The notes beneath the pieces are model-generated. The model ran no database searches. It saw nothing but the letters and a program-made list of their open reading frames with translations, and was not told the origin of the DNA. This document shows positions 9,801 through 18,966 of a DNA stretch of 42,506 bases, one piece after another (position 1 is the first letter of the stretch; every line of letters starts with the position of its first letter). Origin of the DNA: Candidatus Rubrimentiphilum sp. (GTDB taxonomy: Bacteria; Vulcanimicrobiota; Vulcanimicrobiia; Vulcanimicrobiales; Vulcanimicrobiaceae). The position numbers and the translations under genes were made by a program. The stretch is from positions 1 through 42,506 of the forward strand of contig DASYYA010000141.1 of the NCBI GenBank assembly GCA_035934355.1, read 5' to 3'.

Positions 9801-10011
9801 TGTCGAGTTGCGCTTGGCTTTGATGCGCGGTGAGTGTCACTTCCAGGACGCCGTTCTTGCTCGCGAGCACGACCGGTTCGTGGAACGCCGGCCGAGTCGC
9901 GCCCACGTTTTGCGGCGCAGTGTTGTTCGCCGGCGTGCACGATGCAGCGACCACCGCCAGAGCGATCGCTACACCGACCATGCGAGAAAAAGCAAAAATA
10001 GGTCCGGCCAT
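6889..10011 (-). CDS. Multicopper oxidase lipoprotein with C-terminal FG-GAP-like repeats
   Basis: Lipobox-like AASC; HVHG, WYHSHLH, HPMHVH, HCHRLNHEDNGLM; GDVDGDGVLDLIVG and repeated PF.GF.GGV-type units. Confidence 0.9.
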   Translation of the reverse strand: MAGPIFAFSRMVGVAIALAVVAASCTPANNTAPQNVGATRPAFHEPVVLASKNGVLEVTLTAHQSQAQLDTVAKPVQNMLLFAYAVNQGTASNGQMSADNLYPAPTLQVFPGETLIVHLNNALTGLSIRDFYNPAYTAKGQPVSIYPQQLTESPMNLHVHGLHVSPKGNSDNVLIHIPPGMANTYTYHIPKSMPQGAYWYHSHLHTITASQTYYGLAGLLAIGRTDGNLPVVTARNIPIRNMVLQYNAVFDRMDGLAQINNVNWPQYVSTLVPPSGGQLANGTYRPILAPTNFLQSQKGTRYFTVWWGGALSIHNYRGLFQFVPSNLQTFKSSSGTVVAADPSLPDYKRDVQFTVNGSFEPVLQVKPGQTEIWVLANVSDMAYMNVELTETATGRHPPIAIVGYDGNPSPAVHYPVRYNGTRLTIPPASRFAIAVTMPKNGGLQLDIPPLGRKKPMTALGILYTNNGTPNPPAELGTLTVNPPAISYVDGFFVFPTQTLLRAVPATGQGQTTPFVAGQRLNAYTSFKDLSQMTPNVKRTLLINGGFLNNHASASDPKAFVYAFAGNAFPNVALIQPRLGSVEEWTFINHNNDEHPMHVHVNDFQVTNTFDPAIGLRTGPEMWGEDNANVPAPKLGAEESLIAAGTLSMRTHFEDYIGLYVMHCHRLNHEDNGLMALVNVIPAVSAYAVGIAGTRGHPAQVNVYDGNGDRLIRTLTPFPGFEGVPTVAMGDVDGDGVLDLIVGSGKGQRPQVVVYSGAATAGKPSFETILARFSAFDANERSGVSVASAQIDGTTSDNIIVGSGGGARDRINVYRLAKAGTTPQLFASFAPYANDRSGVSLAVGFVDFMSGRNSIVTAPGAGGPGQVKVFAFSLLTPIDASGKPPQEVPMTTATFMPFGASYRGGVSLSTGWLDGAIGGAQSIIAAQRSGGTTVKVYSSGSALQGAPPMYLESPAAHDRMVDFNLVATFNPLASSSGLQLATTSTTTGADLLVSGVTADGQGRVMKYRLSRPSPNAITLRAVRVNTVGSWPGQQLAALGGY

Positions 10012-10140
10012 TAAAAGCGTCCCCCTAGAGTCGGGAAGGTTGCGCGATCAGCGGTATTGGGCCTGCCGCCCAGCTGTTTACCGGACGTCGTAAACAGATC
10101 CGTGCCAAGCAGTTCTGGCAAGTTCGGCGAAAGCCGTCTC

Positions 10141-11727
10141 GTGGAACGGGAAGAGCGTTCGCCGTGGGCGCCATTCACCTATAAGATTTTCGCGGTCGTG
10201 TGGACCGCAACGGTGGTTTCCAACATCGGCACCTGGATGTACAGTGCCGCCGCCGGATGGCTGATGACCGATCTCACGCGCAACGCATTCACGATTTCGC
10301 TCGTCCAAGTCGCGAGCAATTTCCCCGTATTTTTGTTTGCGCTTGTCGCCGGTGCGCTTTCAGATATTCTCGATAAGCGCCGTTACCTCATTGCCGGCGA
10401 GATCGCCACGACGATCTTATCTGCAGCATTCGCCGCGATGGTGTGGTTCCACGACGTGACGCCCGGGACGTTGCTGCTCTTCATGTTTTTGATCGCCGCC
10501 GCAGGCGCGCTCACCGCACCGGCATGGCAAGCCGTTGTACCGGAACTCGTTCCGCGCAAAGTCCTGCCGGCGGCCGTCTCGGCAAACAGCGCCGGAATCA
10601 ACGTCAGCCGCGCGATCGGCCCTGCGATTGCAGGCGAAATCATCCGGCCGTTTGGCATTGTCGCGCCGTTCATTGCTAACGCGGTCAGTAATCTCGGCGT
10701 CATCGGCGCGCTGATATTGTGGCGGCCCGCAAAAAAAACCGAAAGCGGGTTGCCGGCCGAACGTTTTACCAACGCGATGCGCAGGGGCTTGCGCTACGCG
10801 CTCAATAGCGCAGGGCTTCGTGCAACATTCGTACGAATCGTTGCGTTTTTTCTTTTTGCGAGCGCATATTGGGCACTCTTACCGCTGATTGCACGCGATC
10901 GCATCGGCGGCGGTCCCGAAATTTATGGGCTACTGTTAGGCGCGATTGGCATCGGTGCGGTTGGCGGCGCGTTTATGATTCCGGCGTTAACCGCAAGAAT
11001 CGGCCCCGACCGGCTTGTCGGCGCCGCCGGCATCGGTACCGCACTCGCGCTTGTCATGTTTGCCCTCGCGCGCGACCCGCTTACGGCATTGGTGGCAAGT
11101 CTGATCGCAGGCGTCTGTTGGATCGCGACGATCGCATCGGTGGGTGTCTCCGCGCAAGTCTCGGTACCCGATTGGGTTCGCGGCCGCGGGCTCGCAATGT
11201 ACTTGACGGTGTTCTTCGGTTCGATGACCGCCGGTAGCGCGCTCTGGGGACAACTTGCCGGAGCGATCGGTGTGCCGCGCGCGCTCTTGGCAGCGGCTGT
11301 CGGCGTAATTATCGCAATCCCGCTAACGTGGCGCTGGAAGCTGCAAACGAGCGGAACGATCGATCTGACGCCGTCAGCCCACTGGCCGACGCCGGTGGTT
11401 TCGCGCGAAGTCGCAAACGACCGCGGTCCCGTTCTCGTGACGCTCGAATATCGCGTCGCCCACCATAAGGACGTCGCAGCCTTCGTTTCGTCAATGAATC
11501 GCCTGCGACGCGAACGACTGCGCGATGGCGCCTATCAGTGGGGAATCTTCGAAGATATCGCCGAGCCGCGCCGATTCTTAGAGACATTCTACATAGAATC
11601 GTGGATCGAACATCTGCGTCAACACCAGCGCGTCACCAATGCCGATAGGTATTTGCAAGAACACGTCAATGGGCTGCTCGAAGAACCAGTCAATATAACA
11701 CACCTTGTCGCACCGCCGCCAAAATGA
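10141..11727 (+). CDS. MFS transporter (MFS_3/DUF894 type) with a C-terminal soluble domain
   Basis: 12-TM pattern, GALSDILDKRR, PAWQA, PDWVRGRG, C-terminal RDGA..WG.FED...SWIEHLRQH. Confidence 0.9.
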   Translation: MEREERSPWAPFTYKIFAVVWTATVVSNIGTWMYSAAAGWLMTDLTRNAFTISLVQVASNFPVFLFALVAGALSDILDKRRYLIAGEIATTILSAAFAAMVWFHDVTPGTLLLFMFLIAAAGALTAPAWQAVVPELVPRKVLPAAVSANSAGINVSRAIGPAIAGEIIRPFGIVAPFIANAVSNLGVIGALILWRPAKKTESGLPAERFTNAMRRGLRYALNSAGLRATFVRIVAFFLFASAYWALLPLIARDRIGGGPEIYGLLLGAIGIGAVGGAFMIPALTARIGPDRLVGAAGIGTALALVMFALARDPLTALVASLIAGVCWIATIASVGVSAQVSVPDWVRGRGLAMYLTVFFGSMTAGSALWGQLAGAIGVPRALLAAAVGVIIAIPLTWRWKLQTSGTIDLTPSAHWPTPVVSREVANDRGPVLVTLEYRVAHHKDVAAFVSSMNRLRRERLRDGAYQWGIFEDIAEPRRFLETFYIESWIEHLRQHQRVTNADRYLQEHVNGLLEEPVNITHLVAPPPK

Positions 11728-11776
11728 GCCGGAGTCGGAGCGGAAGCAAGCGCAGCGCGCCGAAGAATCAACGCAA

Positions 11777-12751
11777 ATGGGTGTAAACAGCGCAAAGACC
11801 CTGGCGGCATTCATCATTGTGTCCCTGGTCGTGGTTGCTTGGACTCCAGCGCAAGCAGCGACCGTCAACGTCCCTGCAAACATCGCGGTCTTGGAGCATT
11901 CCGCAAACCCCCAACAATTAATTGACGCCTGCAAAGCGCTGGTCCCCAAGATATCGATCGAGAATAGCGAAGCCGCGTTTGCCGCTGTAAAACAGTTCAT
12001 CCTGAGCGGACACAATACACATGCTCGAAATGCATGCGCACGCACGCTCTCGACCATTTCTATCTTGTCGTTCGGTCGTGATAAAAATTCAAGAAATTAC
12101 AGCCCGTATGTCAGCCGCGCAAATGACGTGCTTCTCACGATGCTCGAGAACCGCAATCCCGCGATCCGCGTCGGTGCCGCGAATGCAATGTGGGGAGCCC
12201 TAATTGCGGACGATGGGCGCGCGTTGTTGCGACACGCAAACGGCGATTCCGATCAAGCCGTTGTCGCCGCTTCACTTCAAAACATGCATTGGGGAATGGT
12301 TGCCGATGTTGCGATAACGCACGACGCCCAAGCATATGACAATGCTATCGCACGCAGCTTACATTCCGGCGATGAAGACATCCTTATCGCCGCGCTTTCG
12401 GCATACGGCGGACTTCACAGACTGGGCGCGGTTCCGTTACTGAGCCGCTACGCGCTCGACAAGCGCCCCGCCGTCCGGGCCGGCGCCATCGCTGCGTTCG
12501 GCGCGATGCAGATGTACAACAAACAGGTGCTCGCCTTTATCGAATCGCGGCTTGCGGATCCCAACATCGACGTTCGCTATGCAGTAATGCTGCAGCTTAT
12601 GCGCTTCGGTGATAGCAACGCTTTGCCGGCAATCGAGAAATTGGCGAGAACAGCACCCACTGCTAAAGAGCGCGCCTCCGCTGCTGAGTACGCGAAAGCA
12701 ATCGCGCAAGAAACTGCACCTCAGAAGGTCCCCTCGCCGCCGCCGCAGTAG
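11777..12751 (+). CDS. Secreted HEAT-repeat protein
   Basis: Signal peptide (PAQA); repeats PAIRVGAANA, PAVRAGAIAA, DPNIDVRYAVM. Confidence 0.7.
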   Translation: MGVNSAKTLAAFIIVSLVVVAWTPAQAATVNVPANIAVLEHSANPQQLIDACKALVPKISIENSEAAFAAVKQFILSGHNTHARNACARTLSTISILSFGRDKNSRNYSPYVSRANDVLLTMLENRNPAIRVGAANAMWGALIADDGRALLRHANGDSDQAVVAASLQNMHWGMVADVAITHDAQAYDNAIARSLHSGDEDILIAALSAYGGLHRLGAVPLLSRYALDKRPAVRAGAIAAFGAMQMYNKQVLAFIESRLADPNIDVRYAVMLQLMRFGDSNALPAIEKLARTAPTAKERASAAEYAKAIAQETAPQKVPSPPPQ

Positions 12752-12761
12752 CGCTTTTTAA

Positions 12762-14576
12762 ATGGCCGGCTTGCGGGGCTTTAAGCGCACGCTGTTTCTC
12801 ACTTTAGTGACGCTGTTTGCCGTCGTTACATTCTTTGTGGTCGTCGCCACGGCAAACGTTGACGGCGGAATCTTTGGATGGAACCTCGGCCCCGACGGCA
12901 AGACGCTAATCTATGTCACGCCCGGCGGTCCGGCGGCGCGCGCCGGCATTCGCGTAAACGATGAGATCGATTGGCGAACCCTGCCGCTCTTAGGGCGTGC
13001 AAATTTGGGCCTCGTGCAGTCAACGGCGCCCGGCGACAAACTGACCGTGACGATTGTTCGCAACGGACAGCGCCACCGCGTAACGTTGACCGCGGTGCCG
13101 TGGGGCACCGCGGTACAGCAATCCCAGCGCGCGGTCTATTTCGCGGCGCTCTTTTTGCTCGCCATTGGAATTGTGCTTGTCTATCTCCGCCCCACACGCA
13201 TGACGTGGGGCTTCTTGCTCTCATTCCTCGGCACGCTTGCCGGCGTCTACCAATTATGGACGCAAGACGCGCTGTGGAAGTTTCTGCTCGGAAATGGCGG
13301 TGGAGCGCTGCTCACGGGAGCTTCGGCCGCCGGAATCTTGATCTTCATGAGCCGGTTCCCGTCGGATCATCCGCGCGGCGCATTGCGCGTGTGGGATCGC
13401 GCTGCGATCCCGTTCGGCGTTGCGGCTGGCGCCCTCGCATTGAGTGTGGTGCTGCTCACTGCATTCTCGCCCACGCCGCCGCCCGCGTTTCTGATTTTGC
13501 TCTATGAGTATATCATTCAAGGCCTCTTCATCGTTGTCGCTTTAGGCGCGCTGATCACAGCCTACATCGTGACAAGCGGAAGCGACCGGCAGCGCATTAT
13601 TCCAGTCCTCTTGACCTTTACGCTCTTTGTCGGATCGACGATGGCCGTAACCATTTTCAACGATTTGATCACCGACGTCACCGAAACAGCGATTGTCAAC
13701 GGCATCCTGACGTTTTCCATGGTCGCCCTTGCGATTGCCGTCGCCCACGGCATCATTCGCCATCGCGTGATCGACGTATCGTTTGCCGTCAGCCGCACGA
13801 TCGTGTATACGGCGCTCACCTCGATCGTCGTCGGCGTTTTTATCTTGATCGACTTCGTGTCGTCCAAGATGCTCGATCGTTTGCAAGTCACGCTGACGCT
13901 CGAAGCCTGTGCGGCACTGGCGTTCGGCATTTGGTTAAATGCACTGCACGCGCGCATCGACCGCTTCGTTGATGTCGTTTTATTTCGCCGCCGGCATCTG
14001 GCCGAAGCGCGCCTTGAGCGCGTCGGCCGATCGCTCGGCCATACGGAGTCGGCGCCTTTTATTGATGAAGCGCTCGTCGTGGAGGCGTGCGATGCGTTGG
14101 CATTGGCTTCCGCCGCCGTCTTCCGTCGTCAAGGCGACGAACCGTACAAGCGCGTGTACGAACGTGGATGGCAGTCGCAGCACGTGCACGTGCTCACAAA
14201 AGATGACCATCTCGTCGTCAATCTGCTGGCGGAGTTGCAACCGATCGACCTCACGACAGTTCGCTGGCCGCAACACGAGGCGCCTGACGAAAACGCGCAA
14301 CCGCTGCTCGCGATTCCCTTTGTCGTGCGCCATGACGTTTTAGGCTTTGCGTTATATAGCGGTCACGTTGGCGGCGAAGCACTCGACCCCGACGAGCAAG
14401 GCGTGCTCGTGCGTCTTTGCGATGCGGCCGCAAGCGCTTACGAGCACGTCAACGTGCAGAATTTGATCAACGAAGCGACCCGGTTGCGCGTGCAAAACGA
14501 TCTGCTGCGCGAAATGGTGGACCCGTTCATTCCGGGTCATCTGCAAGGAGAATCCCGCTCGCCCGAGCTCGCGTAG
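12762..14576 (+). CDS. PDZ - multi-TM - GAF membrane protein
   Basis: VTPGGPAARAGIRVND (PDZ); about 9-10 TM helices; PLLAIPFVVRHDVLGFALY (GAF); short coiled-coil tail. Confidence 0.75.
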   Translation: MAGLRGFKRTLFLTLVTLFAVVTFFVVVATANVDGGIFGWNLGPDGKTLIYVTPGGPAARAGIRVNDEIDWRTLPLLGRANLGLVQSTAPGDKLTVTIVRNGQRHRVTLTAVPWGTAVQQSQRAVYFAALFLLAIGIVLVYLRPTRMTWGFLLSFLGTLAGVYQLWTQDALWKFLLGNGGGALLTGASAAGILIFMSRFPSDHPRGALRVWDRAAIPFGVAAGALALSVVLLTAFSPTPPPAFLILLYEYIIQGLFIVVALGALITAYIVTSGSDRQRIIPVLLTFTLFVGSTMAVTIFNDLITDVTETAIVNGILTFSMVALAIAVAHGIIRHRVIDVSFAVSRTIVYTALTSIVVGVFILIDFVSSKMLDRLQVTLTLEACAALAFGIWLNALHARIDRFVDVVLFRRRHLAEARLERVGRSLGHTESAPFIDEALVVEACDALALASAAVFRRQGDEPYKRVYERGWQSQHVHVLTKDDHLVVNLLAELQPIDLTTVRWPQHEAPDENAQPLLAIPFVVRHDVLGFALYSGHVGGEALDPDEQGVLVRLCDAAASAYEHVNVQNLINEATRLRVQNDLLREMVDPFIPGHLQGESRSPELA

Positions 14577-14585
14577 ACGAGTTTG

Positions 14586-15893
14586 TTACGCCGGCAGCAC
14601 CGCGCGCTGCTGGGTTCGCTCCAAACCGACGACGCGCGTGCCCGATAAACGATCGTGCAGCTCGACGCGCCAGAATCCCGGCCACAGCAGGCTAAGGATA
14701 AAGAGCGGCAGCGCGATCAGATAGCGCCAGATCACCTGCCACACTCGCGGCCGCCCAAAATCGAGTGCCGTCACGCGCACCGACACGATCATCATGCCGA
14801 AGGTTTGGCCCGCGACGGCAACCAGCAATATGTTGTAGGCTAAAAATTCGGGCATCGGAACGTTGTTGCCGATATTCGCGCTGAGCAATGGCGCGACCAT
14901 CTGGTAAAACAACGTGGGGTGCTGCACCGCTACATGTGGCGACGATGTACCCGTGAGTGTCGCGAGAACATTCCCTAACGCCGTCACCAGTGCCAGGTCG
15001 ATCGCGATCGCGGCTAACCGGCGACCGAAACTCGCCGCGTCAGCGTTGCGCACGCGATCGGCGCGGTGGTGGATCGGCGCCGGCGCAGGCGGCCGCGCGA
15101 CCAGCCGCTCTTCCCAGTAATCGTAGAGCGCAGAATGGTGGAACGCGCGCACGGCCTCCATGCGATTGGTGGCGTACGGATTGGATGAGAGCCACTCACC
15201 GAAACGCAGCACCGAGTCGTGCGCGATTTCCGAGCGCTGCAAAGCAAACGCTGCCAGATCCACTTTTCGCGCGAAGGCGTGAAATTCGCAGAGCGCGATC
15301 GCCCGGTAGGCAACGTCGGTCGAACCGCAGCAGAGCAGTCCGATGCGATCGGCGGTGTACTCCGTGCGGCGCAACCACCCGCCGAAGATCACCGAGATCG
15401 CGACGTTCTCCCGCCCGTTGACGCTCAAGATCGATGTCAGGCGAGCGTGTCCGGCAGCAATGTGCCCGAGTTCGCGGCCAACCATGAAGGTGAGTTCGTC
15501 TTCCTTGAAATGCTCCAACCAGTGCGTGGAGATGATCAGCGAATACGGATCGCCGAAGCCGACCGCCACGATCGGCACGTGAATGTCGTCGCGCAGAAAG
15601 ATCATCGGCATGGGCAGATCGAGCATCGACGCGCACCGTTCGACGACGGCAAACACTTCCGGAAACTGCGTACGCGTGATCATGACGCAGCTCCCCAGTA
15701 AGCTGCCGCGCGCAATCGTCACATAAACCATCGCCACGACGATCAACACGGCGAACGACGAGACGCCGAGCACTTCGTGAAACACGCGACCGATCACGAC
15801 GGCCAGCAGCGGCGCGAATGCCAGCGTGATGGCCAGGCTCAGCCATTCATTGCGAACGCGCAGCGATGCTTTGCCGCGAAACAGCTCGGGCAT
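14586..15893 (-). CDS. M48 peptidase-like domain fused to an RDD domain
   Basis: ELTFMVGRELGH, EYTADRIG, NPYATNRM; ASFGRRLAAIAIDL, GQTFGM, LHDRLSGTRVV. Confidence 0.8.
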   Translation of the reverse strand: MPELFRGKASLRVRNEWLSLAITLAFAPLLAVVIGRVFHEVLGVSSFAVLIVVAMVYVTIARGSLLGSCVMITRTQFPEVFAVVERCASMLDLPMPMIFLRDDIHVPIVAVGFGDPYSLIISTHWLEHFKEDELTFMVGRELGHIAAGHARLTSILSVNGRENVAISVIFGGWLRRTEYTADRIGLLCCGSTDVAYRAIALCEFHAFARKVDLAAFALQRSEIAHDSVLRFGEWLSSNPYATNRMEAVRAFHHSALYDYWEERLVARPPAPAPIHHRADRVRNADAASFGRRLAAIAIDLALVTALGNVLATLTGTSSPHVAVQHPTLFYQMVAPLLSANIGNNVPMPEFLAYNILLVAVAGQTFGMMIVSVRVTALDFGRPRVWQVIWRYLIALPLFILSLLWPGFWRVELHDRLSGTRVVGLERTQQRAVLPA

Positions 15894-15963
15894 GCCTGCG
15901 TCATCTGACAGCAGGCGGCCCGGTCCCTCCGAAGAACGCTTCTCCTTTCGCGGAGGGCAGGCT

Positions 15964-17328
15964 ATGCGCAGCGCACGTTTTGCATTTCTAGCGGTCATAT
16001 TTTTCATTCTCGCGCCGCTTACGGGCGTCGCATCGAACTCGTGGGGCGGGTCGACGGCCGACGACGGCATGGGACATTCGATCACGGTCGAGGGCGAAAC
16101 ACGCGGCAACGACAGCAACATCACCATCACGGTCCGCGATAAAACCACCGGCAAGGTTATCAAAGTCATCAAGAAATATCGCAGCCGGACGGGCGCGCGC
16201 ACGGAGTCGATCACCAATAACGACGATGGAACGTCGACGCGTGAAATCGTCGATGAGGACACGCGGCTCATCGAATCGACCGGACAGCTTGAATGGCGCC
16301 GGATCGAGTCGACGACGACATTTAGCGGTCCGGACAAAACCGGGCACGTTACCGGCGGCAAGGAAACCGACACGAAACGGCTCACCGATCCGAAGACCGG
16401 CAAGCTGATCAAACGCACGAAGACCGGCATTGAATACGATCCCGCCAAGCATGAATGGCGAACCATTTCTTCCCTCCCGGCGGTGCCGACGGATCAACGC
16501 TTTGCGCTGGTTCTGCCGCACACCGCGGATCCGCGCGGCGTTATTGAAGGAAGCGCGACCATTGAAGTCACCGACGCCGACGGCAGCAGAACGATCGAAC
16601 CGGCGATCGGAACCGTCACCGCCACGGTCACTGCGGATACCGCGAAAGGCCGGTGGTCGCATATTTTTTACTACACGTTAGGTGCGCTCGCGTTCGATGC
16701 CATAAAACATGTCACGGCAGCGGCACGTTTTAACGTCGCCGCCAGCTACGCCGGCTCGAGCGACACCGCGCACATTGACATGTCAGACGTGGGAACGCAG
16801 ACCCGGCCCCGGGTCGATCAAGCGAACCAACAATCGATGGTTCTTCCGGTCGGAGGCATGGCAAACATTACGGGGAGCCTATTTGCGCCGCAACGGGAGC
16901 CCGAAGTTTTCCTTTGCACGCGCCAGAGCGTCGAATCGCTCGATCCGGCGGCGTTTTCGAATACCGATATCCGAACGTTGATTCCCATACGCTCGACCCC
17001 CGGCATCGCGACAGTGATCGTCGAAAACGGCACCGGCCATTTCACTCAACCGCTCGAGGTTAATCCCGTCGGCGTGCATTTGGATGTGCCGCCGCATGTT
17101 CGCGTCGGACAAACGTTTCAAGGATCTGTGTCCCTAATGGGTCTGACCGAAGCGAACAAAAGCAAACGCTTTACCGCGCAGATGCATGTATCGGGTCATG
17201 GCCGGTTCGCCGCGGGCGGCAACGACGTTACGACTCAAATCATCGGCGGTCGAGCGTCGGCAGCAATGATCGCCACCAGCGCCGGCACAATTCAGGTAAC
17301 GGTCAGCGACGTCACACCCGTACCGTGA
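15964..17328 (+). CDS. Secreted hypothetical protein, beta-rich, possible C-terminal Ig/IPT-like domains
   Basis: RBS GGAGG, signal peptide, Thr-rich beta-hairpin N-terminus, long ORF. Confidence 0.6.
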   Translation: MRSARFAFLAVIFFILAPLTGVASNSWGGSTADDGMGHSITVEGETRGNDSNITITVRDKTTGKVIKVIKKYRSRTGARTESITNNDDGTSTREIVDEDTRLIESTGQLEWRRIESTTTFSGPDKTGHVTGGKETDTKRLTDPKTGKLIKRTKTGIEYDPAKHEWRTISSLPAVPTDQRFALVLPHTADPRGVIEGSATIEVTDADGSRTIEPAIGTVTATVTADTAKGRWSHIFYYTLGALAFDAIKHVTAAARFNVAASYAGSSDTAHIDMSDVGTQTRPRVDQANQQSMVLPVGGMANITGSLFAPQREPEVFLCTRQSVESLDPAAFSNTDIRTLIPIRSTPGIATVIVENGTGHFTQPLEVNPVGVHLDVPPHVRVGQTFQGSVSLMGLTEANKSKRFTAQMHVSGHGRFAAGGNDVTTQIIGGRASAAMIATSAGTIQVTVSDVTPVP

Positions 17329-17361
17329 TTCTCTTCTCACACCGTATTTTGTGCTGATAGA

Positions 17362-18309
17362 TTGACTGGGCGAACGTTTCTCGCGGCGGTCGTCCTCGTG
17401 GCGTGCAGCGCCGCCGCCCCAGCCCCGCCACAGCACGGGATGTGGTTGAGCGACGATGAACGCGCCGGCGTCGATCACTACGATCTCAACTTGTGGTCGG
17501 ATCAGCCGGAGCCGCCGATCGTCGTGGATTCAAAGGCGTTGCATTTCCAGGTACTGGACCAACGCACCGGCGTTCTGCATAAAAATCTTCCTTTTTCGAT
17601 TGAAGATGAACGACGCAAGTCGGGGCCACCTGGCCCAGAACAACAAGTTTATCTTCGCGTTCATTTAGCGGTAGAGAAGTTTGGAACGGGCTTTCATCGG
17701 GTGCGCGTTACGTCGGGCGCGATTTCGCCCGACTCGCCGGTCGTGGAAACCTACGTCCCAGGCGACAGTTTGTCACTACTGAACCGCGAGTTTCAGGGCA
17801 AACGCGTTTGGCTCTACGGACTACAAACCATTGTGTGCGTCCCGTCCCTGCGCGTTTCAGGTTCGCAGTTCGTGACCACGAGCTTCCGGGCGCCGCTGCG
17901 AATTACGCACGTCGACCGCTCCTTCGGCGCGACCGTGCTGCTGGGACCGACGTATGATGCGGGCTTCCATTATTCGGCCGACGATCCGCTCGTCATCGAT
18001 TTCGATGCCGGGCATCTTCCGCCGCGACTCGTCTGCGGTCGCGCATACGCTTATGCTGCGGATCGCTGGGATTTTGAGCGCCTGTACTCGTTCAAGCCGC
18101 CACGAAGCGCCCTCGGGAGTAAAGTCCGTCTCGGCATGACGCATGAAGACGTAGCGTTTATCCTGGGATTTCCACCGGGCAAACAAACAAAGAGCGCACT
18201 GTTGCGTGCGCGACGTTGGGACTACCCCGCGCCGGCCGCAGGACTCACAACGCCGTTAGTCTTTATTTTCAAAAACGACCGTGTCGTGCAGCACTCCGGC
18301 CATTGGTGA
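17362..18309 (+). CDS. Hypothetical exported protein/lipoprotein
   Basis: LVACS lipobox-like; C-terminal VRLGMTHEDVAFILGFP resembles a SmpA/BamE-like motif. Confidence 0.6.
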   Translation: MTGRTFLAAVVLVACSAAAPAPPQHGMWLSDDERAGVDHYDLNLWSDQPEPPIVVDSKALHFQVLDQRTGVLHKNLPFSIEDERRKSGPPGPEQQVYLRVHLAVEKFGTGFHRVRVTSGAISPDSPVVETYVPGDSLSLLNREFQGKRVWLYGLQTIVCVPSLRVSGSQFVTTSFRAPLRITHVDRSFGATVLLGPTYDAGFHYSADDPLVIDFDAGHLPPRLVCGRAYAYAADRWDFERLYSFKPPRSALGSKVRLGMTHEDVAFILGFPPGKQTKSALLRARRWDYPAPAAGLTTPLVFIFKNDRVVQHSGHW

Positions 18310-18530
18310 AGCGGCTGGTCCAACGCTCGAACCGATAACAACCGGATCCTGAGCGATTCGGGGACCACATTCACCTCGTCAAGTCGCGTTGAGCCGTCGT
18401 TTCGCGACAAAAAATCGCGTGGGATGAACGATGAGGCGTATCCGGCCAGCCCGTCATCCGGCATTGCCAAAAGTTCGCGGAATTTTTTGTTCGCCAGGGA
18501 TCCATCCGAGCCTCAAAAACTGACCCCAAA

Positions 18531-18959
18531 ATGGAACCGTTAGACCTCACGAAAAGACCGCCGCGGTCGCCGCGTGCGGAGCTCGACGGACTCGCGAACT
18601 TGCCGCGCACGATCGATAAAATGCGCGCCCTTCTGCCGGGTGGCAGCCCGGGCGTCTATAAGATCGCCGGCTTTTCAGCTCGGATGCTTGAAACGGTCGG
18701 TGTGACCGAAGATCAATTTCGCGAGGCGGTGAAGCAAGCGAAAACCGACGAGGACGTCGCTGTATGGCTGCGCGCACACTCGGACCCAAGCAAATATGCG
18801 GAATGGAATGATCGCTTACTCAATCGCCGCGTCGCCGACATTCAGGCGGCCAGCGCCGATTTTCTCACACGATATCCGATCGCAGAACGCCGGCCCGACA
18901 TCGAATACATGGTGGATTTGCTGGAAGCCGACGACGCGGAAATGTTTGCGAAAACCTAG
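18531..18959 (+). CDS. DUF5069 family protein
   Basis: DLTKRPPRSPRAELDGLANLPRTIDKMRA, ending DLLEADD. Confidence 0.8.
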   Translation: MEPLDLTKRPPRSPRAELDGLANLPRTIDKMRALLPGGSPGVYKIAGFSARMLETVGVTEDQFREAVKQAKTDEDVAVWLRAHSDPSKYAEWNDRLLNRRVADIQAASADFLTRYPIAERRPDIEYMVDLLEADDAEMFAKT

Positions 18960-18966
18960 ATTTTCA

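Noticed and set aside
15894-16466. N-terminal extension of the 626-aa ORF
   Set aside because: It overlaps the divergent 15964 gene; the real start is more likely ATG 15893.
18310-18530. Small ORFs or ncRNA in this intergenic gap, and likewise at 19360-19507 and 25071-25209
   Set aside because: No recognisable motif, RBS or convincing conserved structure.
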